From the human T2T-CHM13v2.0 reference genome, Homo sapiens, in NCBI RefSeq assembly GCF_009914755.1, contig NC_060926.1: a DNA stretch of 64,000 bases; one strand, written 5' to 3'. This document shows, piece after piece, positions 51,026-64,000 of the stretch. Each line of letters opens with the position of its first letter. Position 1 is the first letter of the stretch. Below the pieces are notes generated by a model. It ran no database searches, was not told where the DNA came from, and worked only from the letters and a program-made list of their open reading frames with translations. The position numbers were made by a program, and so were the translations under genes.

Positions 51026-51379
51026 GTGATTTCCAAATTTTCAAAAACAGCCACACTTATTTATTTAGAATCCATATTATAAAAAAACAAAGATGCTTAG
51101 GGTAACCTGAACTTGTAACTGCACCATGAGGCCATGAGATGACTACCCTACTGGGCTCTAAACTGACCATGATTAATCTCTGAATGCTGTTTCCAAAGAG
51201 GAAACTTAAAATATCATGCACTAAATGCACTGGCTGTAACAACATATACATTATTAAGTAACTTCCAACTATCAATTAAAATATTGGAATTTATTCTGAA
51301 TGTTTAAAAGCACAGAAAAAACCTGAGTGACATCAAAATATATAAAAGATGAGCCTTTTCCACACCCGCATTTAGTTCT

Positions 51380-51820
51380 CTGACCTCCCCTACCCCTTAA
51401 TGACCCCATTTCAGTTCCACTGGCTCCTTGAAGATATCAAGCACACTCTCACCTTGGGGTCTTTGCCAGGGATGTTCTTCCCCTAAACGTCCATATCCAC
51501 ACGGCTATTCCTTTGCCTCCCTTCACACCTTGGTTCAAATGTCACTTTCTTAATAAAAGACCTATATGGTCCCTATTTAACACCAAAGCCTGCCCTCCAT
51601 CCTTTGTTCTAATTATCTGTTTTCTTCACAGCATTTGTTATCTTCTAGCAGACTACACAATTAAAAAAAAATGTTTATTGCTTAATGTCTTTCTCCTCCT
51701 ACTGGAAAAACAAACCTAAGAAGAGAAGGATTTTAACTTCTAGTCACTGATAAGTCCAAAGCACCTGCAAAAAGTCTGACACATATTAGGTGCTCAATAA
51801 ATACCTGTTGAATGTATGAT
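51380..51820 (+). mobile_element. LINE-2 3' remnant
   Basis: Ends TAGGTGCTCAATAAATACCTGTTGAATG. Confidence 0.7.
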
Positions 51821-52170
51821 ATGCTAATGTTGCTGTCAAAGGACAGAGTCAATATAATCTCTAATCACACCTACTAAAAATTGGACAATTTTCTGCATAT
51901 GTGTAATCAAGAAAAATATAAGGCATAGAAAGTTCTTAAATCTTTGCATCTTTATCATTCCTATTTGTTTCAGTCGTATCTACCAAAGACTTACGGCGAA
52001 CTTATTGAAAAATTTCCCAATTTTATCTTGTTAACATGATGTATAAACAGAAAGGAAAATAAAGCAGTTCTGAAATATTTATGTATTAGAGCAAATACGT
52101 TAAAATGTACACAAAACCCAATACTATTACATATTATTAAACAAAAACAGCTCTTAAAATTATATTTGCA

Positions 52171-52462
52171 GGCCAGGTGTGGTGGCTCACGCCTGTAATC
52201 CTAGCACTTTGAGAGGCTGAGGTGGGCAGATCACTTGAGGTCAGGAGTTTGAGATCAGCCTGGCCAACATGGTGAAACCCCATCTCTACCAAGAAAACAA
52301 AAATAGCTGGACGTGGTGGCCTGTGCCTGTAGTCCCAGCTACTCGGGAGGCTATGAGGTGGGAGGATAGCTTGAGCCCAGAGGCAGAGGCTGCAGTGAGC
52401 CGAGGTCTCACCACTGTACTCCAGCCTGTGTTACAGAGTCAGACCCTGTCTCAAAAAAAAAA
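52171..52462 (+). mobile_element. Alu
   Basis: Full dimer plus A tail. Confidence 0.9.
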
Positions 52463-52834
52463 GCATTATTATTACATACATTATATACACCGTAACAGTT
52501 CAAAATCAGAAGGGCAAATGCTGACATAAATGTTGACAGGTGATAACCCCCATAACTTTCTATTTCAAGTGGTGTTTCTTCAGATTGCAAATGCTCAATG
52601 CCCCACTATGACATTATTGCAGAATAGGGAAACTTAGTCAAATATCAAAGGCCGGGCCCATTTTCTGAATCAATATGCACAGTTGAAAACTGCCTAACAT
52701 TTGAAATGTGACCCAATCAGAACATATTTCACTGTGATTTCAACAGTAACCAGACCATCCCTATTTATTTTTCAAGCGGTTTTCTATTAACTTATGCTCC
52801 TTTACTCTCAGAGATTAAACCCTAAACTCTGTCA

Positions 52835-53038
<204 letters not shown>

Positions 53039-53599
53039 TTAAAAACAAAACAAAAACCAACTTATGGTGTAAGATGAATGACATCTACAGTGAAATGAAC
53101 ACACTGAATCAAGAATAACGTAAGTGCAAAAGTTATCACTGAGGAAGCATTAACTAAAGTTGCTAATATTTTGAATAAGGTAATACAATACTCATACAAA
53201 CACCAACAAGCATAACATGTACTGTGAAATACGTGGCAGCAAAACTACACCATAAAAACAATTTGTAGCTTAAGAAACAACACTAAACACCAAGTCAACA
53301 ATTTATTTCAACTTCATGTTAAAATTGGGTCTTTCTCTCCATGGCATTTATCACCTTCTAATATACTACCTGAAGTTATTTTGTTTAACGTGGGTCTTCT
53401 TCACCTGAAAGAAAATGCCACAAGAATAGGGATTTTGGTTCACTGCTAAATCTCTGGAGCCCAGAACACTGCCTAGTACCTGATATACAGTAAGTATTTG
53501 TTTACAAATGAAGAACACAAGGAACTCCAGTCCAAAACTAGTGAAAATCCATTCAAGAAAAGCATATATAAAATGGTAAATACAAACTGTTACCTAACT

Positions 53600-54495
53600 T
53601 TCTTTTATATTTTTGTAGAGATGGGGTCTTGCTATGTTGCCCAGGCTGGTCTCAAACTCCTGGCCTCAAGCAATCCTCCTGCCTTTGCCTCCTAAAGTGC
53701 TGGGATTACACCCAGCCCCAATACTTTAAAAAATACAGAGTAAAATCGTATTTTAACCTATATACATGTATTACATATAATTACTTTTTTTTTTTTTGGA
53801 GACACAGTTTTGCTCTTTTGGCCCAGGCTGGAGTGCAATGGTGTGATCTCAGCTCACTGCAACCTCCACCCCCCCGGGTTCAACAAGTGATTCTCCTGCC
53901 TCAGCCTCCTGAGTAGCTGGGATTACAGGCGCCCGCCACCACGCCTGGCTAATTTTTTGTATTTTTAGTAGAGATGGGCTTCACCACGTTGGCCAGGCTG
54001 GTCTCAAACTCCTGACCTCAGGTGTTTGCCACCGTGCTCGGTCTACTTTTTAAAAAGTAACTTAAAAACACAAATGAATGGAAAAAAAACTATTCTGAAA
54101 GTATCAGGAAAGTGTTTTTTTGTTTTTGTTTTTGTTTTTTTTGAGACAGAGTCTTGCTCTGTCGCCCAGGCTTGGAGTGCAGTGGTGCAACTTCCGCTCA
54201 CTGCAACCTCTGCCTCCCGGGCTCAGGGCTCAAAGGATCCTCCCACTTCAGCCTCCTGAGTAACTGGGACTACAGGTGTATGCCACCACACTCGGCTAAT
54301 TTTTGCATTTTTTTGTAGAGACGAAGTAGGGGGGTGGGGTAGGGGCGTAGGGGGGTGGGGTACGGGCATGGGGGGTGGGGGTGGTGTTGGTCTCACTATG
54401 TTGCCCAGGCTGGTCTCGAACTCCTGGGCTCAAGCCATCGGCCGCCTACGCCTCCCAAAGTGCTGGGATTACAGGCATAATCCACCGCACCTGGC
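53600..54495 (-). mobile_element. Three reverse Alus in intron 1 (about 53600-53717 monomer, 53785-54041, 54115-54495)
   Basis: Reverse Alu arms with T tails; the last carries an internal G-rich repeat. Confidence 0.88.
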
Positions 54496-55239
54496 TTAGG
54501 AAAGTGTTTTTAAGCAGTGCATGCCTGGAAAACGCTTTGCAGTCATTAGAATTCACTGTCCTACGTAAGGAAAAGCAATGAACTCAAAACAGTAAAGGGC
54601 TTAACGCTTAAACAATTATTTAAGCACTCAAGTTTTCTTTTTAATTTTCAATTTTTGTGGGTACATAGAGGGTGTATTTATTTATGGTGTATTTAAGAAC
54701 TTTTGTAACAGAACGCCCCAACAGGACTAGCACACAAAGGGAAAGCAAATGCGACGTGTTTCCCACACCAGGTTCTGCCTCACTTATCCTTAATCTCAGG
54801 TGCCAAGCACCGTGCCAGCAGAGTGGGCCCCAGTAACAGCTTACAGAATAAACAAACAGTAAAGAAAGGAGACCAAACTTCGGTGAGGAGGAAGAGGAAC
54901 GATCTCAAGGTGGAGGAAAGGCACAAAAACCACCAGTAAGTGCCAGAAGCGCATTCCTTACTCTATGCATGCAACTGAAACATGGGTCCTGCACTTACGT
55001 CCGGTGTTGCAGGCAAGATTAAACCACTCCTAACTAGCAGTGAAAAGTCTAGGAAGGATCCCCCGCCCCATCGCCCCTTGGATTCTCCAACTACTCAACT
55101 ACTGAAAACTCTCTTAACAGAAGACACCTCTCCTTCCCTGCACACAATAGGAGCTTAACATATGAAAGTGACTTCCCAATTTCAGCAAAAACCTTCGCCG
55201 ATTCAGAAGAAAGCTTTCCCACCAGAATCCCCTCTCCAA

Positions 55240-56200
55240 CGTTCTAGCTTCGACGCTTGCAGCTGGTCAGAGGGCTCTTGCCCTCCTCGGGCCGGGTCGC
55301 GGGAGGGAAGGTTTCGGGGGGCCTCCTTGCCCCCACCCGCGGGGTGCCAGGCCAAGCCCCGCCGAGTAACTGCTCCGCCTCCCAGCCCGGTCCCCCAGGT
55401 CCCTGCCCCACCTGACTGGTCGCCGCTGTAATATTCCGAGTCCATGGCAGGCGGACTCTCAGCGGGGAGTGTCCGCGCCCCGCGCCGCCCCCGTCACCTC
55501 CTTCCAGGCGGTGTGACCCCGGATGGCGCGGCTAAGTGTTCAGAGACTGCCGCCCGACCGGAGAACTTAACGGGTGCGGAGGGTAAGAAAGCGGTAGCGG
55601 CAAAGGCGAATTCTTTGACCTGGAAGCCCCGGCGGAAAAGGCCGTACCCGGCAGGCTGGCGGGCGGGCAGGCATGCGAGCCGGCGTTCTACTTCCTAGAA
55701 GCACCGCTGGGGCCAAAATGGCGTCTGCCCACGACCCTCAAAGGAATGCAGCGCGCAGGCGCCGCAACCCGTCAACCGGCCAATGAGAAGACGCAACAGC
55801 AATGACGCCAGGCACGGCCGGAAAGGAGACTCCTGGGAAAATTGAGCTGGAACTCGGGCTTTAGTTAAATACCTTCCTCGGGTGGATCCTGGTCTGACCC
55901 CCGTGGTAATAACGTTATCATTGATTCTTTATCATTTCCTAGATTCTGTGTCCGTGCCTTGTTTGAAGAGCTTTTGAGATACTCTTCCGAAAAATGAAGA
56001 CCTGCTCAAATGACTTTTCCGTCATTCAGCCAAACCACTGTCTTTCCCGTCAGGCCCAGAGGCGCCTGGTTCCCGCCCGCAGTAGGCAAGAAAGCGGGCG
56101 TTGCTCACTGGGACTTGTAGTATGACGCCCGCGAGCTGTGATGCGTTACTAACTGGCGCGATCCACAGCGCCTCCTCTCCCGGCGTCTTCCTCTCTTTCA
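55240..56200. promoter_or_regulatory. CpG-island promoter of IWS1
   Basis: Dense CpG/GC around exon 1. YY1-like AAAATGGCG at 55715-55723, NRF1-like GCGCAGGCGC at 55753-55762, CCAAT at 55780-55784, ZNF143/THAP11-type ACTACAAGTCCCAG (minus) at 56108-56121. Confidence 0.88.
55412..55445 (-). CDS. IWS1: IWS1 exon 1, coding part (MDSEYYSGDQS)
   Basis: ATG in strong Kozak context GCCATGG inside the CpG island; donor CAG|GTGGGG at 55411. Confidence 0.95.
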
Positions 56201-56398
56201 TTCTAAACAACGATTTAATTTCCTTGTTAAGAAGCCATTTAGCCAACAGTAAGAAGTACACGTCTTTGCTTCCAGAAGGGTTCCCCTGATGAAACACCGG
56301 AGGAAGGTGAAGTTGAACTTTACCTGAGCCCTGTGTTCCTGGAAAACAGCGGTGATTAAGAAACCCCCTCATCTATTTGTGTTTCTGGAACGGCACAC

Positions 56399-56791
56399 TG
56401 TAAAGAACCACCCGTCTCCATGTGACTCAGATAAAACGCGTGCAGATGACCCCCTTGTTTGCCTGTGACAAGGCCAGAGACCTTTCCCCTTTATTCTGAG
56501 CCTGTTAATAAAGCCAAACAGACCTTCCAAATTCCCGCTGATGATATCGAGTGATTAGTTGAGATTAGAACTCTCCTCCCCCCAACTTGTTAGACACAGA
56601 GAACATTTCCTGTTCACCTGACTGAAACTTCTCCTGATTGCAAAACAATCCCAACTGTCAATCATCCCACCTTCCTCCCTATAAAAGTCAAAACTACGCT
56701 GCCAAGACACTGATCATATCTGGAGTGCTCTCCCTATTGCAATAGGCTGAGTAAAATCCATTTCCTTACTTGTTCATTTTAGTCTTGGACA
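56399..56791 (+). mobile_element. Solo LTR, family not identified, directly upstream of the promoter
   Basis: TG...CA termini; TATAAAA at about 56680; CCTATTGCAATAG followed by the variant poly(A) signal AGTAAA. Confidence 0.6.
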
Positions 56792-58453
56792 GAGAGGGGA
56801 ACATTCTTGCCTTTGGATCGGAGGAGGGCCAGTAGAGGTTTAAGCAAAGACTCCCCAGGAGGTGTAGACATGTAGAAAAAGAGCCTTTTGTTACTACTGC
56901 AGATATCTGACCCTTCGTTAGCCAGTCAGAGTATGCTGGCAGAGCCCAATTATAGGCTCCTGAAGAGGACGTGGGAAGAGAAGAAAGGGGAGAAGTGGTT
57001 TCTCTCTGGAAATTCCCATTTTCCTGCAAGAGAGTTCATGGATATTCCTTTCCGAAGTGGTGGAAACAGCATTGAATCCAAATTCCTTCTTTTCAGCTGT
57101 GGGAATGACATCTTCTCAGGCAGTCTTGAGAATCAAAAGAACAAAGAATTAGCAATGCCCGAAACCGAATCACTTGATAGAAGATATCAAGGCTCTAAGC
57201 CCTCTTCTAAAGAGAAGGTGAGAGTACACCTGTGTAAATGGAGCAGGATTAATAGATCAAAATTCCAGGCGGAGGTTCAGTGGAAGAGAACCTTTTAGTT
57301 TCACCAGAGATGTAAGTCCAACAGTCAGGAAAGTGGTTGGGTTATAAACAATGCAATTGCCGGATGAAAATTACTGAATTTTAGCGTTAAAACTAACTGT
57401 ACTGGTGGTTTGGAGAAAGGATAGAAACACTCTGGACACACAACAATGTTCTTAGCTCTAGAAGCCTGCAAAGAAGCATCAGATCTAATTTTTGTACTCA
57501 GAAAGCCAACAATTTAGTGAGACAGGACAAGTCTTTCAAATGAATACAGAGCCTTAGTTAAAGCAGTGTGGTTGTCAGTGTAAACACAGCTTACGGAGAG
57601 TTCCCAGAGCTCCTTCCTACCAGCTGGCTGTCCCTCCTGGATCCTGGTAGAGAAATTCTGTAGTGGCACAGATGTGTCTTTCTGAGTCTTGGCTGCCTTA
57701 CATTTTCAGGACTGCCATCTCCTTACCCATCACACCCCACCCCAGTACAGTTGGCCCATGGCGGTGGTAGGGAGGCACCCAGAAGATAGGCTGTTTCCCA
57801 CACCAAGGGTGCTAATGACAGAAGAATGGAGAGGCAAACTTGCAGCAGTCCACAATGCTTCCTCCCTTAACAGATAACCCAGAGACGCTGCATTCCCTAA
57901 GTGAATGTAAGATTTATTTGGAGACACTCTGAAGACACTGCCATCTGCTGAACATGTCAGGGAGCAAGAGGCCACATAATATAAATAGCCTGGCACCATC
58001 AGAGCTGTAGACTGGGGGCTTAGAGCCCTAGGCTGTGGGCCTATCGCTGGGCTTATTGTACTTAGTAAGCTGGGACAAGCTACCAGCCTTCTATGAGCCT
58101 CAGTTTCCACATGTATCAAATGAGAGGGTTGAATCAGGTTTCAAGTACTCTTAGCTTTTTTCTACGTCAGAGAATCCAGGTCTCTAAGTCTGACCCAGCT
58201 TCTTGTGCTTGAGCCACTAGCAAGCCCTACCAGGGAAGACACAAATGAAACTTACTAGCTGCGTGACCTTGAGCAAGTTGCTGAACCTCTCTGTGCTTCA
58301 ACGTCCTCATCTATAAGTTGGGGATAACAGTACCATTTATGTCACAGAGTTGTCATGAAGCTAAATGCACATATATAATTATAATGTATAATATGTTATA
58401 TATATTACTTGTATAATATTATACATGATATAAATATATATATTATATAATGA

Positions 58454-59230
<777 letters not shown>

Positions 59231-60747
59231 ATATATATGTTAGCTATTATCATTATTATTAGGCATTGTGAAGATACAGAAAATTAACACATGATTCCTA
59301 CCTTGAGAAGCTTACAATTCATTAGGAAGTACGGCTTTGAAAAAAGAAAATGCTAAGAGGTGAATTGTGTGATGTGGGTAACAAGTACCATGGGAATTAA
59401 AAGGAGGGTGAGGCTAGAGTGAACAATCAGGTTGGCTTCCTTGGGGGAGGGTGCTTGAGGTGATATTTGAAGGACAAAGGCCGATTTGGATGGAAAGATA
59501 ATGTTTCAATCATGGTAAGCTAACAATCTACCATGTAGTTATGTTGTTATAACAACATCAACAAATTTCAGTGGCTTGACTTGATAATAGTTTGTTTCTT
59601 CCTCTTGTCAATGGGCAGTGGGGTCAGTGGTGAGGTGGAGGTTGCTCTCTGCTCCTAGCAGTCATTCAGGGATCCAGGCTCTTACCATATTGTGGCTCCA
59701 CCATTTCCCAGGGCCTCAGAAGCCCCTACTGGATGCTCTGCATGCCACCAGCAGATGGGAGAAGAGAGTGTGTAGAAAGGTGCAGGATATTTTAGTGGGT
59801 CTAGCCTGGAGTTAGAGCATATCACTTACCCTCATTCCATGGCCCCTTCTAATTGTGAGTGAGGCAGGGAAGAGTATGTCCACTGTGGGACCAAGAGGAA
59901 AAGGAAAGTGATCTTGGTGGATATGCAGCATTCCAGGCAAGGTTAAGAAATCCACCCCAGTACTTCTTTTCCCAGAAATAAAGTTCTCAGCAATGAGCCT
60001 AAGAGCTAGGCAAAGTATCACTATCTTCCAAGAGCTAGGCAAAGTATTACTATCGTCATAATTAGCATCATTAACTTCATTTATTTAGTTTATTGAGTTG
60101 ACACGTAAGCAAGTTTTGCTTTTCCTTGTCAGTATCTCAATCTCCCCCAGGGCAATAAGATTAGTCATCAGGATATGCCATTAACCCTGGTCATGGGACA
60201 GAGGTCCCATGTTTATGGCCAGTGACCTAGGTTTAAATGCTAGGGCCTAAGACAGATTTATCCACTGGATTGCCCAAAGCCCTCTAGAGAGGAGGAGGTG
60301 ACCTTTTCATTTTGTGCCCCTACTTTCCCCCTCTTGCTGCCTTGGACAAATCTCTGGGTAGTTTCCTCAGAGGGCTTATGGTGACAAAAGCACCACCAGA
60401 AATGAGTCCTTTCCTCCTGGGCTGAGACTGTGGATGCCTAGCTGGCCCATCAGGACTTTGGATCCAAGACCTTCCCAGTCTAGGAGCAGCTATCTTGAAG
60501 CTGCTGTTCCAGGAGGATGAAGTACTTGAGTTTGCCTGATGACACAGTCATCTCCTTGGCATGTCAGAACCAAGATCCTCCAGGAAGCACTCATCTTCCA
60601 TGCACCCTCCCTCTGAGCCATATCTTCCTGCCATTGAAGGAGCCCAAGGGTCAGGGTCACCTCTTCCGGGAGGACATTCGTTCTGGTCTTTGTTGGCCTC
60701 CTCTTTCTCCCAGCCTCCAATGGCACCTGGGCCTGTGAACTATATAT

Positions 60748-60947
60748 TGGTTCCCAACTGGGACTTTGTCCCCCAGAGACATTTGGCAATAATATCTGAA
60801 GACATTTTGATTTGTCACCACTAGGGGTGGGGACATAACCAATGGCTGCTGCTAAATGTTCTGCAGTACACAGGACAACGCCTCTCATTCCCCAACAAAG
60901 AACAATCTACTCCAAAACGCTAATAATGCCAAGACTGAGAAACCCTG
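60748..60947. mobile_element. MER20 hAT remnant
   Basis: CCCCAGAGACATTTGGCAAT...GCTGCTAAATGTTCTGCAGTACACAGGACA...TGAGAAACCCTG. Confidence 0.75.
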
Positions 60948-61239
60948 AACTACAGGACAGAATGTGCCCTGTGATCTACTGTCTTGTACTGTGCACAACT
61001 GTGTTTCCAGGGAAGCATTTAAGCGTTGCTTCTCTTCCCAGATATTCCCTTGCCCCAGCATCTCAGAAACCAAGGCAACAAAATGGGCAAGGCCTTTCAA
61101 ACCCTGGGCTAGGGCCAGCAAGTTGGGGAAACACCTTTTTTTTTTTTAAATCTCTGAAGATAGGATGTCTCATGCATCACTGGGGTGAGGAAGGAGGAGG
61201 TCTGGTTTGTCTGAGGGTTGGCGTGGTATAATACATCCC

Positions 61240-61460
61240 AATAAGCCCAGGCCATGGGGTCAGGTACACCCTAATTCAAACCGCACCTCTGCCACTTTTG
61301 GTTGTGTGGCCTAAGCAAGTTTCATAACCTCTTTGACTTTAACTTCCTTGCTATGAAATGAGGAGAAGCACCCCTCATTTGTTGAGGTTTGATGAGGGTT
61401 GAGTGAGATGGTACAAGCAAAGAGCCCAGCACAGAGAAAATCCTTATCACATGCCAGCTC
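61240..61460 (+). mobile_element. MIR
   Basis: Diverged MIR core (TGTGTGGCCTAAGCAAGT...TATGAAATGAGGA). Confidence 0.6.
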
Positions 61461-63574
61461 TTTCTGAGACTGAGAATTCAAAAATGTTCTAAAGAGTAGT
61501 TCAGTCGCAGAGGTCTATGCTGCCAACCTTGCTGTTTCATAGGGTTAATGGATAATTTGGCTGCTGTAGCCTAGATGGGAATATTAGGGCCACCATAAGC
61601 AAGTGACTTCAGTTAGCTCTATGATATGCTGGTAGAGCTGAAGCGAAAGGCTTGCTCTGTGTCAGTCGCTGTGATGACGCTATAATGGGCTTGGTCACTG
61701 ACAGGAATGGAATGAACCATAGGTTGTCCATGGGCGCATTTCAGCTCAGCTCACAAACATGTTTTTCAAGGTTAGCTGAATATTTGCGTCTTGGGAAATG
61801 AGCACTACGCTAATTGTGGAAGTAGCACTGGGCTGGGAGACAGCCAAGCCTGGTCGCCCGTGTTACCAGGAAGAGCCTGCCCTGCCTTTCCCCAACCCAT
61901 CTTCTTGATTTCCAGGGCTTGGGGTCCCTTGGCTATGGAAAGCCTGAGGCTCCAGGAGAACCATGCCTCAGGGTGTCCCCCTTTGCACCAACTCACACAG
62001 CAATCAGACCAGGTCCTTGCAATCATAGGCGCAGTTTTGACTGGGAGGGAGGACTTGGCATGCCACTTGAGAAATATTAGCAACCAAAAATTCATGCCCA
62101 CTGTTCTTCCATAGTGGAAGATCTTCTTCCAGAGATCCCACTGGAATCTTCCATAATGACAAAATGCAAACAACGCTGAGAGCACAGATATGTTCATTGC
62201 AGTATTGTGTGTGACAGCAAAGGATTGGGTACCTCCCAGGGTCCATCCAGGGAGGATGGGTATACAAATGATGGGGCACTTGTGTGACATACTGTCACGC
62301 TGTTTCTAAAGACCAATGGTAAAAGTTTGGTACAGTGTCAGAAAGTTCTTGTGATATAATGTGTAACATAAAATAGAGAGAGACAGAGAATAGCAGGTCA
62401 GTATCTAAAATGTGTTTCTGTCAAATTTTGCATAAGGTGAGAACTGGATGGGAACATCTTACAGATTGTTTTGGTCCACACAGATTTTCTGTCCCAATAT
62501 TTTCTTACATGAGGGCAGTAGAAAAGGTCCGAAGAGGACTCAGTCTCAGCCCCAGAGCAAGGGGTTCACCATCTCTGGGAGCTGCCAGGAGCAGCAGCGT
62601 CAGCCCTAGAGGAGCTAAATGGTATCTTTCTAAACCCGAGAAACCATGTGCAGCATGAAGCTCAAAAAGGCTGAGTGTGGACCCAGAAACCGAACCAAAT
62701 TTTAGGGAGCAGGAGGCTAGTCAGAGCAAGGGCAGAACTTGGGGGGCTGTTCTAGGGGGAACAGGCGGGACAGGGGGCCGCCTGAAAGACTCGGAACATG
62801 CAGCTCCCTCCAAGTGGTCCTTCAAGGGATCTCCCAGCTTGGTTCCCTGTCTTTGGGATGGGCCATTTGGTTTTAAGATACAGAAACTCCTTCAAGCCAT
62901 GTCAACAAAGAGAACATTTAATAGACGGAAACTGGGGACTCCATGGAGCCCACCCACAGGAGGCACAGGAAACCCTGAGGCATCGGGGGTCTCCTCCTGT
63001 CTCTGGAGCCACTGGGTCTCCACCTCTGCAGCTTGTCCACCTCTCCTTTTCTCTCCCACCACCGCTTGGTCTGTGTCCCCACGAAAGGTCCATGTTCAGG
63101 GTTGCCACCCTGCCTTGACCTCAGTTCTAAAAGACGATGGCTCATTCCCACATTTCTGCCTGCAGTTCCCAAGTCCCTCCAAGTCCAAGGAAAAGAAAGG
63201 AATCTGATTGGCTCTAGTTGGGCCAACTGTAAGGATGACCAGACCCCTTTTTTACCCAACACAAGGCCTGTGGCTGACCAGGTAACTACCTGCCCCTATT
63301 ATCCACCCGCCTTCAAAGCCTTGCATAAATGAGCTCCCCTCGCCCTCCTGCTCACTTCCAGGGACTGCCTGGCCCCTCCAGTCTGACCCCACCCAGGGCC
63401 CACTGCGGTTGCACTTCCCTTCTAAACAGTCTGTATTTGCCTTAAGCCCAAATCCCCCTTGATCAAGTGCCAGCCCAAGCCTGCCCAATTTGTTGCCAGG
63501 TACCCTCCTGGGAACCTTGTTGTCTGATGGCCTTTGTCTCTAAGGCTTCCTGATGGCCCCAGACATGTCCCAGG

Positions 63575-64000
63575 TGTATGCTCCTTTCACACTCAACACA
63601 GAACACTCTCTTGACCAGGTGTCCAAGCAGTTCTCCAGCAGACTCCGTCTGGATGTCCTATAATTCAATTCAATCAGACACTGTCAACCTGGAGTCATAG
63701 ATCCCACAGGTTAAGGGCTCAGTCCCACAAAACTGCCCCACTTCAAATGCAGTCTCAAGTCCTAGGTTGCCACCTATACTTCTGACCAATTGGCTATAAA
63801 TCGGGGTTCCCATGCCCCACACCTGAGGTTGGATTTGCTAGCATAGCTCACGGAACTCAGGACGGCACTCATATTGACCAGTTCGTGGGAAAAGATTTTA
63901 CAAAGGATTACAGATGAGCAGCCGAATAAACACGCACAGGTGAGTTGTGTGGGAAGGTCATGGAGCTTCCATGCCCTCTCCCGCATGCCACCCCCCAGGG
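63575..64000. mobile_element. MER21-like LTR, runs off the window edge
   Basis: AATTCAATTC...GATCCCACAGGTTAAGGGCTCAGTCCCACAAAACTGCCCCACTTCAAATGC...CTCACGGAACTCAGG; homologous to 9215-9931. Confidence 0.75.

Noticed and set aside
61791-63488. Longer ORFs (161 aa minus, 176 aa plus) near the right end
   Set aside because: No recognisable domain, non-ATG starts and no coherent exon chain. A neighbouring gene (MYO7B from recalled human synteny) would lie beyond the window, and none of its exons is evident here.

Overview
Primate (almost certainly human) genomic DNA, not microbial. The window holds the complete IWS1 gene (Spn1/IWS1 Pol II elongation factor) on the minus strand. I traced all 14 coding exons by hand from the ATG at 55445 to the TGA at 10296-10298. 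All introns are GT-AG, the phases are consistent, and the CDS is 2460 nt (819 aa). The gene has a CpG-island promoter at about 55240-56200 and a poly(A) signal at 10078-10083. The rest is mostly repeats: about 30 Alus, old L1, L2/MIR, Tigger/MER DNA transposons and several solo LTRs. There is also a 3'-truncated U4 snRNA retrocopy with a 15-bp target-site duplication. Main finding: intron 13 contains an intact paralogous copy of the last coding exon (15147-15275), too short for the ORF track. It has the same splice phase, is 21/38 aa identical without gaps, and has its own stop codon and a candidate poly(A) signal. This implies two mutually exclusive IWS1 C-termini. Other points: a tandem-duplicated donor at exon 11 that sits on the split Ser720 codon, and a two-level 39/78-nt coding repeat in exon 3. 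Repeat family names are from recognition, not from a database run, and repeat boundaries are approximate.
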